The notes under the pieces: model-generated
Databases searched by the model: none
Told to the model about the DNA's origin: nothing
Seen by the model: the letters and a program-made list of their open reading frames with translations, nothing else
Part shown: in pieces, positions 50,196 through 63,309 of the stretch
Layout: each line of letters starts with the position of its first letter
How positions within the stretch are numbered: the stretch's first letter is position 1
Program-made: the position numbers and the translations under genes
Source of the DNA: Octopus sinensis
Taxonomy: Eukaryota
NCBI RefSeq assembly: GCF_006345805.1
Contig: NC_043011.1
Coordinates: 39,258,464 to 39,322,463, forward strand
Direction of reading: 5' to 3'
Length of the DNA stretch: 64,000 nucleotides

Positions 50196-50844
50196 TATAT
50201 ATGAAACCGTTTATTTTCTTAGCTGTGTGTATGTTTATGTGTGTCTGTGTTGTTATTTCTTCAAGTCACATATGGGACCCAACAAAATGCCTTATTTTAT
50301 TGTTATTTTTATTTCCTACTCCCTCGAGCACACACACACACATACTACACATGCAAGAATTCTAACAGCAATGAAGGAGACCCTTTTCATTCAGGAGGGA
50401 GTTTGAGTCTGTCTTTCAATCGGTTTCCTGGCATGAACCAAATGGAATTTGTTGAGTCAGATGTTTTTTGTTTTTTTTTTCTATGGACAAATGCTTTTCT
50501 TGTCACCAACCCTTACTGGTTTCCTACCAAGGAAATATTTCCTAGTAGCCAGACATATCTCAGGATATTGGAAATGGACACTGCTTGCGTGACAGTGGTA
50601 CTCATTTACAACAGCCACATGATGTCAAGACAAAAAGAAAATAACAACGCGAACACACACACTCTCACCCACTCCTTCAATCCCTCACTCACATTTACAG
50701 CAGGCGTCTCCCAGTTTTACTTTCCCAAATCTACTCAAGGCTTCGGTTGGCCCAGGGATATAACAGAAAACAGTTGCCCACAGTGGGACTGAACCTGCAA
50801 GTATTTAGTTGGGAGACAAACTACTTACCATACAACCACTTGCA

Positions 50845-50894
<50 letters not shown>

Positions 50895-51604
50895 TGTGTG
50901 TATATACAAGCACAATAAAATTGGAGAATCGGTTATAACATTCTTTTCATTATGATAACATGAATTATAATCTTTACATGTTTCCCTGGGAGTTCTCAGC
51001 TTGGTTCTGCTTATCAACTGATGTAACCAAAGGTGAATTAAATTATTATTTTCTTCTGATGATCTGGTGTTATAAGGTGATAACACAGTCATTATGTAAT
51101 GATTACCACATGGCATACAAATATATGCTTGTGGAACACATGAAAAGATTATGTATTTTATGGTGTTACAATAAAAGGAAAAAAATCATAACCGAACCTC
51201 CAGTTTTAATCTCATCTTGGATATACATTCTCTAATCTATTCAAATATGTAATGGCAATCTAAAATCTGAGGAGAAATTATGTTTAATATCTCACTAGAA
51301 ATTGGATATAAATCGATTTACATGGAGTTCAAAGCAAAGGCTAACTGTTATGCATATTTTAATCCTTTTATTCTCATTTTAACCGTTTTGTTACTATACT
51401 TCTCTTGCTGTATACTTGTGTTGTTTTAATTAATTTTGAACGAAAAATTTCATAATTTTGTCATTTAGTGTTTTGTGGAACTTCAGTTGGGCAATGTTTT
51501 CAGAGAAGTATTTGATATATCAACAGATGACTTGTAATCAGTGAGTTTCCATTGTAGAAGTAGTACTTGTCTCTGTCGGATTAGTATCATTAAATGGTAA
51601 TTTT

Positions 51605-51818
51605 TCTTTTATTCTTTTACTCTTTCATTTGATTCAGTCGTTTGACTGCGGCCATGCTGGAGCACTGCCTTTAGTCGAACAAACCAACCCCCAGGACTTA
51701 TTCTTTGTAAGCCCTAGTACTTATTCTATCGGTCGCTTTTTGCTGAACTGCTAAGCTATGGGGACATGTACACACCATCAGTTGTCAAGCGATGGTGGGG
51801 GACAAACACAGACACACA

Positions 51819-51858
<40 letters not shown>

Positions 51859-51972
51859 GCTTCTTTCAGTTTCCGTTTACCGAATCATCCCATAAGGTTT
51901 TGGTCAGCCCAAGGTGCCACGCAGTGGGAATGAACCCAGAACCACGTGCTTGGTAAGCAAACTACTTACCAA
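51605..51972 (-). mobile_element. SINE family A
   Basis: Reverse complement of the family A consensus. Confidence 0.85.
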
Positions 51973-52365
51973 AAGGACATACACAGTAAATATATTCTGT
52001 TCACGTTCAGTTTAAGATGGAGAAAAAAAGGTGTGTGATGTTTCGAGCATGGCTCTTTGTCGGAAAAAGGAAAGGTTCAGATATATGTGTGTGTGTGTGT
52101 ATGTATGTATGTATAGGAAGATATCATTGTGAGGGTGGTTCCTTAGATTTCCAGTTGATCAATTGATTCCTTGATAACACTGAACTATGAACACATTGAA
52201 ATGCATATATGAAATAGCTGTGCATCTATAATAAATAAATAAATCAATAAATAAATAATTTAAAACCCATTATTTCTTTCTGTTATATAAATATATATAT
52301 ATATACAGAGAGAGAGAGAGAGGGATAAGTATTTGTAGATATATACTGTGTGGCTTTTAGGCTAG

Positions 52366-52379
<14 letters not shown>

Positions 52380-52399
<20 letters not shown>

Positions 52400-52579
52400 T
52401 AGATAGATAGATAGATAAATATACATAGATAGATAGATAAATATACATAGATTAAATAGATAGATAGATAGATAAATATACATAGATAGATAGATAAATA
52501 TACATAGATTAAATAGATAGATAGATAGATAAATATACATAGATTAGATAGATAGATAGACAGGTAAATATACATAGAT

Positions 52580-52610
<31 letters not shown>

Positions 52611-52660
52611 GCAGATAAATATACATAGATTAGATAGATAGATAGATCGATACACAGATA
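52380..52660. repeat. (ATAG)n-derived minisatellite with ataaatatacatagat subunit
   Basis: Subunit repeated about 6 times. Confidence 0.85.
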
Positions 52661-53431
52661 AATATGTATATAGATAGAGAGAGAGAGATAATTATATACA
52701 GATAGTGAAGAGATAAAGTATGTTTACATATATATATATATGTTTGTGTGTGTATAATAGGTATGAAAGAGACAGGATTATCACAGCTGTAAATGCTTTT
52801 TACCAAAGGTCTACATTTGTTTGATCAGAGCTAGCCTGGGGCTAAACAACAACAACAACAACCACCGCCCCGCCCCCCTCCACCTCGCCCCCACCAATTC
52901 CGTAAACGAATGGATATTTATGCTTAAAGCATAATTGTATATTTAAGGCCTAAAAATAATATGTCTAAAAGTGACTCCCATCTTTAAAGCATGTTGACAT
53001 AAAGCATATTTTTAGGTTTATCGCATATTTATACATTTAAAGCCTATTAAATATTTATGTTATCAAAGCCATTCATGTATATGAATAGCATATTTACATA
53101 ATTAAAACATATTTATGGCCTTATTGCATATTTATACGTGTGTAGAACATATTAAATATTGATGTGTTCCAGGCATGTTTGTATATTTAAAACACGGTTT
53201 ATATGTATAACCCTTTCATGTCTGTATTTCTGAAATGAATAGACTGTCTGTGTGTGCCTTGTTTTCTCAATATAAGTCAAGGTTTTGGATCTATTGAAAT
53301 AGCTCAAAACTTTATGCATTGGTGTAGGGGTATGTGATGTCCATATTGTGTGTGTGTGTGTGTGTGTGTGCATACATACACATATATACATACAGACACA
53401 TATACACATGCATACACACATACATTTTATA

Positions 53432-53469
<38 letters not shown>

Positions 53470-53473
<4 letters not shown>

Positions 53474-53760
53474 TGCAGGCATGGCTGTGTGGTAAGTAAC
53501 TTGCTTACCGACCACATGGTTCCCGGTTCAGTCCCACTGTATGGCACCTTAGGCAAGTGTCTTCTACTATACTATAGCCTTGGGCCAACCAAAGCCTTGT
53601 GAGTGGATTTAGTAGATGGAAACTGATATATAAATATCTATGTGTGTGTTTGTGTGTGAAGTACTAGGCTTACAAAGAATAAGTCCTGGGGTCCATTTGT
53701 TCGACTAAAGGCAGAGCTCCAGCATGGCCGCAGTCAAATGACTGAAACAAGTAAAAGAAT
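53470..53760 (+). mobile_element. SINE family A, internally deleted
   Basis: Head and tail present, middle missing. Confidence 0.85.
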
Positions 53761-53877
53761 ATATACATATATATACATACACAGATGCACACACACACAC
53801 ACACACATGATTAATATTTGATGTTTATATTTCCATGCTTGCATGGATCGGACATTTAGATGTCTTGTTTACAAGTC

Positions 53878-54185
53878 ACATGGCTTAGCAATTAAGGCAC
53901 TCACCTCACGATGGTAAGGTCATGAGCTGGATTACCAGTAACGTGTTGTGTCAAGGAGCACAACACTTTTTTTTTTGCATTGTCGCAGTCCACTCACTTG
54001 GCAAAAATGTGTTGTACTTGTTATTCAAAAGGGCCAACCGTGACACAGACTGTGTCACACTGAATCTCCCTGAGAACTACTTTAAAGGTACACAGGTCTG
54101 TGGTGTGCTCAAGCCAGTTGCACGTTAATTTCTGGAGAAGGCTCTCCCATTGATTGAATCAACTGGAATGCCCATTGTTGTAAAG
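53878..54185 (+). mobile_element. SINE family B variant
   Basis: catggcttagcaattaagg...gaatctccctgagaac...gtgtgctcaagcca; similar to 985-1295. Confidence 0.7.
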
Positions 54186-54489
54186 GACAGCATGCCCGTT
54201 ATTTAGAATGTGTGTTTGAGTGCCTTTGTCTTGGCATCACATGATGTGCCAATCATTTACAATGATTATGTGATGTCAAGACAAGGGCATGTGCGTGCAC
54301 ATGCACAAGGGGCTTATTTCCCCTCCACTGTTTCTGCCACCTGTGTCCACTGTCAAGTCTTTAGATGACTCAAACTCTAGTAGAAGGCCCAAGCCCAAGG
54401 TGCTGTACAGTGGGACTGAACTTAAGACCATATGGTTTCAAATCAAACTTCTCAACAGCCACGCGGCCATGCTTGTGCCTGAATAAATA

Positions 54490-55057
54490 TTGGGTTGTCC
54501 AGAAAGTTCGTGCCGATTTTTAAAGGAAAGAAAAAGGTCAATTAATACTTGCCATTACATTTTTAATCAACCGAATATGAACCATTTTGTTACACAATAC
54601 GACTCCATCTTTCCTTTAACTTGAAAATACCCTCTTCCCAGAATTGAGGTGGTTTCATGGCAAAGAATTCATCAAGGTATCTTTTTACGTCATCCAAGGC
54701 ATTGAAATTTTTACCATTAAGACTATTCTGCAGAGACCTGAATAAGTGGAAATCCGAAGGAGCAATATCTAGTGAATATAGAGGGTGGGGTAACACATCC
54801 CAGCCGAGCTGCAGCAATTTTTGTCTGGTTCCCAAAGCAACAAGTGCCGAAAAGGGACTTTCTTATCTTCCATTTTAAAGGGTTACAGAATTAACACAGG
54901 TTATAGGAACATAAGCCTTCTTCCATGAAAAGATAGCTTAAACTGTGCTCTAAATGAAGGTGTAGTCAAATCCTAGTTTGTGCAAGTTCAATCATGTTCT
55001 AAAATAAATTGAAAGGTAAGCTGATATAAATCAGCACAAACTTTCCGGACACCTCAA
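54490..55057 (-). mobile_element. Internally deleted mariner with both TIRs (568 bp)
   Basis: TA-flanked TIRs ttgggttgtccagaaagttcgtgccgattt / aaatcagcacaaactttccggacacctcaa. Minus strand MEDKKVPFRHLLLW is joined directly to QKLLQLGWDVLPHPLYSLDIAPSDFHLFRSLQNSL...ERW. Confidence 0.92.
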
Positions 55058-55369
55058 TATATAGGCACAAATTCAAAAAATAAAGAGACACTACTCATTA
55101 GTACAATGTCCAAACAGGTTAACTCATTTAAAAACCACACGAGGCCTGTCTTCTTCAGCAATAGATTATGTATTTAAATGCATCAAATGACATTATTATG
55201 TTTCCAGACATAAATCTTTCTAAAATGATGGTGTCTGTTTACTTTTGAGGTGTGTGTGCATGCATGGGTGTATGTGTATACATGACAGGCTTCTTTCACT
55301 TAGCAGCTATCCGATCTGTTTACAAGGCTTTGGTCAACTCGGAGCTACCTTACATAACTTAAACATGTT

Positions 55370-55810
55370 TTGGTCAGAGTGGGTTAGGCCATTATCTGTT
55401 TTCCATGCTGGCATAGGTTGGATGGTTTGACAGGTTCTGGCCAGCTGAGGAGTTGTCCAAACTCCAATTGTCTGTTGTGGCATGGTTTCTATGGCTGGGT
55501 GCCCTTCCTAATGCCAACCACTTTACAGAATGGACTGGGTGCTTTTTACATGGGCTCCAGCATGTGTGTGTCTGTGCAACACTAGCTCAAGTGCATTTTA
55601 CATGGCACTGCCAGCTGTAAAGGACAAGCCTGTATGTATGGATGACCACAATTTTACCTAGTTTGTATGGATGACCACAATTTTACTTAGTTTGACTCAT
55701 CTCAAGTACAGCAAATCACCACAACTCCTGGTCCCTTGTCATTTCCTTGGTGAGGTCCAGCGTCTAAAGGTCCTTTCTTACCACTTTGTCCCAGGTTTCC
55801 TCTACAATTA
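55370..55810 (-). mobile_element. RTE LINE 3' end: coding remnant plus family D UTR
   Basis: Minus strand WDKVVRKDL*TLDLTKEMTRDQELW*FAVLE, followed by the family D sequence. Confidence 0.8.
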
Positions 55811-55854
55811 GATCTCAGCACAACTTAATAGCACCACCTGATAGGATCTATTAA

Positions 55855-56170
55855 TCATCATCATCATTTAACGTCCATTTTTCCATGCTGACATAGGTTG
55901 GATGGTTTGACAGGAGCTGGTAAGGCCAGGGGACTACACCAAGCACTGTTGTCTGTTCTGGCATGGTTTCTACAGCTGGTTGCCTTTCCTAATACCAATC
56001 ACTTCACAGAGTGTACTGGGTGCTTGTAATGTGGTATCAGCACCAGTGCTTTTTTTACATGACTCCAGCATTAGTATCAGTTCTGTTGTGGTGGACAAGT
56101 CTTCTTGAGGCCTGCAAGGCATTAGAAATCTTGGTCCTCTTAGTCAAGTTTTGTGGTATCCTTGCCCTTT
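55855..56170 (-). mobile_element. Family D RTE 3' end
   Basis: catcatttaacgtccatttttccatgctg...gcctttcctaataccaatcac. Confidence 0.75.
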
Positions 56171-58399
56171 CAAATAGGGAGCTGTTGTTGAATAAAATAT
56201 ATCCTGGTATAGGTGGCTTTTCTGGTATCCCTTGAAGAAATTTGTCGAGATTACATTTGAAAGGAAGGAAGGGGGTCTTCTTCTTTGATTTGTTTTGGGA
56301 TAATGTTAAATGGGGCAGAACCTATTGAGGAAAAGAAATTGTGTTGCAGTGAATTTCTGTGTTGTTCAGGGGGGGTCTATGGCACATAGCTTTAGTACGA
56401 GACACTTATTCAAAGTGCTGTGCAGTGGGACTGAATCCAAAACCACATGCATACATACCTAACCGTCTTCACTACACACCCGTGTCTGTGCTTCAGTAAT
56501 ACTATCCTATTACAAGCTCTCTCTATGTAATTTGTGTCAAGATTACAGTTGTGTCGTTTCTCTGTGAATTATGTATACATTCTGAGGGCTTGTTTGCATG
56601 TTTGTCATTTTATGTGTATGCATGCTTCTTTTTTTTAATCATTCCCAAGGCACCTAACTTTATTATAAGAACTGTGTCTGTTTTCAGTTGTCACTGATTG
56701 GTTGTCTCCATTACCAGATCATTATGTTTAAATAGGTTTTTTTTTCGTTTTTTTGGGGTTTTTTTTTCTGAAATTATATTTGTGGTGGCTGTTCTTTTGG
56801 AGAAGTGATTAGTATATCCAAGAGTAACAAAATGAAGGCACTAGTGCTCTCAACAATCATGGTAAATTCTTTTGGCACGTCTATGGATATATGTGTGTGT
56901 CTCTATGTATGTATATGCATGTGTACATGTGTATATATATATATATACACACACAAACACCTATATAAGTATATAGTTGTGTGTAGCAATGTATATATAT
57001 ATATATGTTTATATGAGTGTATATATGTTTATGAATGTGTGTGTATTTGTGTGTGTGTGTGTGTGTGTGTATATACATGTGTATATGTTGTGTGTATATA
57101 TACATACATATACATGTGCAAGTATACACACACACACTGCAGTACTTTGGGAATAAATCAAGCTGAAGTGACACTGTGTTCATATATGCATGTTGCGATC
57201 AATTTTGTTTCGTGTGATCACCGCAGTTTTTAACAGGCGCCACTTCTTCATTTATGCAACTCCGTTGCAAGTGGCAGAATTACGAGCTCAGATTAGATTA
57301 AGAGACAAGAATTACAAAGTCACTGAACAGCTTAACCAAATCAAAAGACACAGTGCTGATTGTTTTCGTTTCATTTTCATTTTCTTCGCATTTTTTTTTC
57401 TTAGATTTCTATTTTATTTTATTTTCCTTTTTTCATTTCTTTTCCTGCTTTTTACATTTCCTTTCAAAATTTGTAATCCTCATCATCATCATTGTTGTTG
57501 TCATTATCATCATCATCAACATTATTATTGAGTGAGAGAGTAGCACACGCTGTGAAAGTGACACTGGGGTACAAATATATGAAGCCTAATATACCCATCA
57601 TGACTACCCGTCTGATAAGGGTACACCAGGCACATGCATCAAAACCATATGTGCACAAAATAATGACCATCAAGATAAACACCGCACGACCTTGCAGGCA
57701 GGACCCAGTTAGAATTTTTTTAGGTTCAGTAGCCCATCCCACTCAAAAGGTCTCTGAATAAATGTTTTTTTTTAAATGATGAACAAAACACCCATGATTC
57801 CAAAAGTGATTTATTCAAACCCCAAAGTACCCCTCTCAACACATGGCCATGATCCTCCCCCACTACGTCTGCTCGTGATTAGAGATGCACATATCATCAG
57901 CCACTAAGGGACATACTCAACTGGTTAAGTTCCAGCAGCTGAAACGGGAAATCTGTGTTATAGAGCAGAATATTTGCTGTAGCCCATCTTTTATACCAAG
58001 ACAAAACAATGTACATGATAACATTTCCAACCAGTTAAGATCAAAAGCCATGAGAGACACTGTCTGGTACTGCATCATTGAATTTATTAATTATTATTAT
58101 TATTATTACTATTATTTACTTTTAACCTGCATGTTTGTTACATTCACTTGCTAAGATACACCCAGTGTCCTAGGGCGAGTGAAGGATAAGAAATGTTACA
58201 ATATAACTGAAAGCTTGGGAGAAGGGAAGTGGCAGGGGCAGTAATGAAATATCTTCATGTAATACAACAGAAACATTTAAATGGATAGGGTTTTTTCTAA
58301 GGATGTGGGCTGTACTTGTCAGCACAATCTTCTTCTTCTTCTTCTCCTCCTTCTTCTCCTTCTCCTTCTTCTTCTTCTCCTCCTCCTCCTCCTCGGTGG

Positions 58400-58825
58400 C
58401 TGCTGCTGCATTTCTTCTCTCTTTATGTTCTGAGTTCAAATTCTGCCGAGGCTGGCTTGGCCTTTTATCCTTTTGGGGTCAATAAAATAAGCACCAGTTG
58501 AACACTGTGGGTCAGTGTAGTCGACTCACCCCCTTCCCCAAAATTTCAAGCCTATAAGAGAAAGGATTATTATTATTATTATTATTATTATTATCATCAT
58601 CATTATGAACGTGGTGAGCTGGCAGAATTGTTAGCACGCTGGAGAAAATGCTGAGCAGCATTTTGTCTTCCTTTACAATCTGAGTTCAAATTCTGCTGAG
58701 TTGAGCTCAGCTTTTATCCCTTCAGGGTTTATGATTTTGAGTACTAAGCAAGCACTGGGATCGATGTAATTGACTAACCCCTCTCCTCTAGAAGTTTCAG
58801 ATGTTGTGTCTATAGTAAAAAGGAT
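58400..58825 (+). mobile_element. SINE family C, two copies
   Basis: gagttcaaattctgccgagg...tatccttttggggtc...aggattatt twice. Confidence 0.8.
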
Positions 58826-59149
58826 TATTATTCTTATTGCTTGGTAGTATGTGTACCATGCTTTCATTAATTGTTTTAGGTGCCTGTCTAGTCATATGCA
58901 AACACTAATACCCTCTGAGCCCTCTTACCCCTTATTCAACAGAATATCCAAGATATGACATCCGGAGGGGTTGCGAGAGAGGTTGCTCCCCTAGTGCCCT
59001 GGCTAGTATTCATTTCTACTCAGTAGATAGGAGGTGCATGAAATGAAGGAAGCACCTTGCTCAAGAACACAACCCACTGCCCGATAGAGGAACAGAACTT
59101 ACAGCCTTACAATCATGAAACCAATACTTTCATCACTCTACCACATGAC

Positions 59150-59510
59150 TTTTCTCTGGCATCACATCCTGTCACATGACCTGGCACTCTGCCTGTTATG
59201 ATGGCAAGCATTCCAGTTGATTTAATCAATGGAACAACCTGCTCGTTAGCTCGTTAACTTATTATGCAATTGGTTGAGTACTCTACAGGCACACATACTC
59301 TTAATGTAGTCCTCAATGGAAGATCTAACTAGACATAAAGTGTGGACAGGTTGGCCATTTTGTAATACAGGTACAATTTAGTTTTTGCTAGTTGAATGAA
59401 TTGGAGCAACGGGAAACAAAGTGCCTTGCTCAAAGAAACACTGCGTCGCCTGGATTTGAACTCATGACCTTATGATCATGAACCGAATACCCTATCCATG
59501 GAGCTACATG
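59150..59510 (-). mobile_element. SINE family B variant
   Basis: Reverse of a tRNA-like head (gttcaaatccaggcg) and ctttgagcaaggcacttt. Confidence 0.65.
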
Positions 59511-59602
59511 CCAATCATATGACAACAAAAGGGAAGAACACCTGAGATAATGTAATCATAGACTCACAACACCAGCTGAGCCGGCTGTTGTCTCGTTTAC
59601 AG

Positions 59603-59698
59603 GTCAGCTCAACCTAAACCAGGTGAGCGATGACAATGATGATGATGACCACCACCACCACCTCCAACAGCAGCAACATCAGCAATAAGATGATGCAG
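59603..59698 (+). other. Candidate exon, possibly containing a start codon (ATG 59630: MTMMMMTTTTTSNSSNISNKMMQ, phase 0)
   Basis: tgtctcgtttacag acceptor, CAG|GTGAGT donor, internal alternative donor CAG|GTGAGC at 59622. Confidence 0.35.
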
Positions 59699-59861
59699 GT
59701 GAGTGGTGTGGAGGAAGGTTGGTGGGTGTCACAGTGACAAGGAGAATCTTATGTACATTATTTACACCTCGTTTAGAAGTAGAATGTTTGTTTGCTTTTT
59801 TTTTTTGCTCATTTTGCTTGTCATCAGTTCTCCTTTGATGTTTAACTCGTCATTGTTGTAG

Positions 59862-59909
59862 CTGTTGACATGGAGGCGGTGGCGTTTGTTTCACTAATTA
59901 CCTGTGCAG
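59862..59909 (+). other. Candidate 48-nt exon (phase 1-1 frame VDMEAVAFVSLITCA)
   Basis: ttaac branch-like motif, cattgttgtag acceptor, CAG|GTAAAC donor. Confidence 0.3.
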
Positions 59910-60402
59910 GTAAACTGCAGCATCTCCTCACCTATCATTTCTTAACGACTTCAACACTAAAAGGTTCATTTTTGTCCTTCATATTAATACAGCCTGATTC
60001 GGTGTTTTCCTTCCCTTTTTCTCTCTGTCTCTACCGCCCCCCACTCCCCTGTACATCTCTCCCTGCATACATAGCTACCTGTATTTGAATGTATATATGT
60101 AGGGATTGCTCCTTGTATTTGTGTGTTTAAACATATGCAGATCTATATAGTTACCTGTATGTGTATGTAGGGGTGGTTCTTTGTCTCTGTGTGTGTATGT
60201 TTAAACATATATATGTATGTCTGTACAGAGAACGTGTGTGTACATGCATATTTACATTTAAGCACGTTTCTGCATATGTATACATATGTAAGACTATTCG
60301 TGTGTATGTATGTATGTATGTATATCTGCATGTATATGCATGTGTGCACACACCCCTCTCTCTCAACTGCAGTCATCTGTATGCATATATGTGCATGTAT
60401 TT

Positions 60403-60443
<41 letters not shown>

Positions 60444-60804
60444 ATGTACATAAACACATGAATAGAAAAAGAGAGTTGTTGATTGTGTGTGTGCTTGAGT
60501 GATTGCAAACGCATGCATGTACATCTACACATGTATATATAAACAAACATGTACACATGAGCACTTATCTGCACATGTAGACATATACTCACATACATAC
60601 CCATACATCTTTGTGTGTGCTTGTGCTTGTGTATGCACATATGCAGCTGTCTACATGAATGTCCACATGTGCACATGTATGTGTAAAACAATCACATGTA
60701 TTCATGGATGTCATTGTGCACAGTCTGCACACAGACACAACACTCATGCACATAGAGGCATATATTTGTATATGTGCAAGCATGTGTACATGTGTATACA
60801 CACA

Positions 60805-61082
60805 TGAAAGGAGTGGCTGTGTGGTAAGTAGCTTGCTTATCAGCCACATGGTTCTGGGTTCAGTCCCAGTGCATGACACCTTGGGCAAGTGTCTTCTACT
60901 ATAGCTTCAGGCCGACCAAAGCCTTGTGAGTGGATTTGGTGGACGGAAACTGAAAGAAGCCTGTCATGTATATATATATATATGTATGTGTGTGTATATG
61001 TTTGTGTGTCTGTGTTTGTCCCCCCAACATCGCTTGACAACCGATGCTGATGTGTTTACATCCCCGTAAATTAGCGGTTTGG
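60805..61082 (+). mobile_element. SINE family A, 3'-truncated
   Basis: Matches the consensus up to tagcggtt. Confidence 0.85.
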
Positions 61083-61160
61083 GAATGACCTCCTTTGACT
61101 AGCTATCTCTCTATCTTACCTAACACTTTAGCATTTAAACTGGGCATTTAAACTGAGCAG

Positions 61161-61659
61161 CAGCATTTCTCAACTGGGGTTCCCTGAAACCCTAGAGGTG
61201 CAATAATGCTAATTTCATGATCGTAATATTACTATACATGCACAACATATTATTGGTTATTGTAATATAGACATCATCCTATCAAACCTATTATGTTATC
61301 AAGAAAATATAACAACCATTGGGGATATATTTAATGATGTCTGTAATTTATGACCCTGTTTTTTTTTTTGCCTGTCCTTCTAATTGTTGTTTCTCTTGTC
61401 CACCTTTGCATCATATATCTGTCCAAACATTTTAATGCCCTCTATTTGCATTTTTGTTCCATTTTTATATTTATATATATATATATATATATACACACAT
61501 AAATATATATATGTATGTATAAATATATGTATATATATATATATGTGTATATATGTATATATATATATGTGTGTGTGTGTATATATATATGTTATATATA
61601 TGTGTATATATGTATATATATATATGTATATATATATATGTTATATATATGTGTATATA

Positions 61660-61692
<33 letters not shown>

Positions 61693-61877
61693 GTTATATA
61701 TATGTGTATATATATGTGTGTGTATATATAAATATATATATATATATGATATTAATCATGTGAACTACGATGTAAAAACATGGGAAAGATACGGTATATA
61801 ATTTTTGTGCAGGGGTTCCTTGAGACATGTAATTTATTTTAAGGGTTATGCAAGGGTGAAAAAGTTGAGAAGCACTG
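61161..61877. mobile_element. hAT/Charlie-like MITE with an internal TA microsatellite
   Basis: 15-bp imperfect TIRs cagcatttctcaact / agttgagaagcactg; subterminal ggggttcc motifs; 8-bp TSD not evident. Confidence 0.65.
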
Positions 61878-62150
61878 GGTTAGAGCATTGGGCTCACAAT
61901 CACACCATAGTGAGTTCAATTCCCGGCTGTGTGTTATATTCTTGAGCAAGACATTTTATTTTCATGTTGCTTCGGTTCACTCAGTGCCAAGCTGTGTCGG
62001 CCTTGGATAATATCGGTGGTGTCGAGAGGGGAGGCTGGTATGCATGGGCGACTGCTGGTCTTCCATAAATAACCTTGCCTCCACTTGTGCCTTGGAGGGG
62101 AATTGTCTAGGTGCAATCCCTTGGGCATTCATGACCAAAGGCAGGGTCTT
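61878..62150 (+). mobile_element. SINE family B
   Basis: ggttagagcattgggctcacaatc...gaggggaggctggtatgcatgggcgactgc matches 27234-27574. Confidence 0.85.
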
Positions 62151-62502
62151 TACCCTATATCCAGCCCAGGTATTATAACTGTTTTATGTTCAAACTGGCC
62201 ACATCTGGCTTCTTACACCAATCCTACAATATCATTCTAAAAAAAAAAAATTAACATTTACCACATCAAAGTCTCATAGCTACAAGATAATGCATGATCA
62301 ATTGAAAACAATATGAATAAAAAAGCATTAATTTTAACAGAATAATATGACTGCTAAACGGTTAATATTGATACATTGCTAGAAAGCAAATTCTGTAGAG
62401 TCACTGTTGCTTATATCTTTCTGTCTTTGATATATTCATCGGTATGTATGTGAATATATAAAAATGCTTGCATATTGCTATTTGCATGAGTGTAGACACA
62501 CT

Positions 62503-62544
<42 letters not shown>

Positions 62545-62964
62545 AATGCAAATATGTGTGTGTCTGTGTGCAGATAGGTATCATTGTATACATGTGGATG
62601 TTTTACATGTGTGTGTATGTGTACACAAATAGGTGGTTGCATGCATATATATACATGCATACGCATACAAAGCCATGTGTATATCTGTGTGTGGATAAGC
62701 GTTCGTGTATATCTATACATATGTGATCAGATCAAGTGAGTGTGATCAGGTGATTGTGACAATGATAATAAAAGTAAAATGGTACTGATGGCATTGACCG
62801 TGGTTTCTTGTTAATGTTAGTATTATTATTGTTGTTGTTGTTGTTGTTTAGCTCTAAATTTATTGCCATTCAGTAAAACCTATACCAAAAAGCATTTACC
62901 TATACCAAAAAGCATTTCAACCATGACCACCTCATCTTTTCCACATATGTATATATAATCATCA

Positions 62965-63105
62965 TTATCAACATCATTTAATGTCCATTGTCCATGCTGG
63001 CATGGGTTAGACGGTTTGACCAGGGCTAGTAATCAGAGGGGCTGCACCAGACTCCGGTCTGATTTGACATGGTTTCTACAGCTAGATGCCTTTCCTAACA
63101 TGACA
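62965..63105 (-). mobile_element. Family D RTE 3' end
   Basis: catcatttaatgtcc...ccatgctggcatgggttagacggtttgac. Confidence 0.75.
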
Positions 63106-63309
63106 TACAAGCAAGCACGCACACACACACACACACACACACTCTCAACCATCTCCTATGGATGTATATCAGCAGCAGACAAAATTTGGCCAGAGGTGGC
63201 TGGTGAGAATGCTAGATGCGCATTTCTGCGGTGTTGCATTTTGTCAGTGACATGCACTCACTGTCAACTGCATATTAAGATGAATTTCTTTTTGGGCATA
63301 CATTGATTT

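Larger units (their letters stand above)
61121..62365 (+). mobile_element. piggyBac-type MITE interrupted by a hAT-like MITE and a family B SINE
   Basis: Termini (c)taa-cactttagca...tgctaaacgg-ttaa; the uninterrupted homolog is at 33272-33376. Confidence 0.65.

Noticed and set aside
57190-57400. ORF segment RHFFIYATPLQVAELRAQIRLRDKNYKVTEQLNQIKRHSA
   Set aside because: An acceptor is possible, but no credible donor was found and the frame runs into low-complexity sequence; left unannotated.
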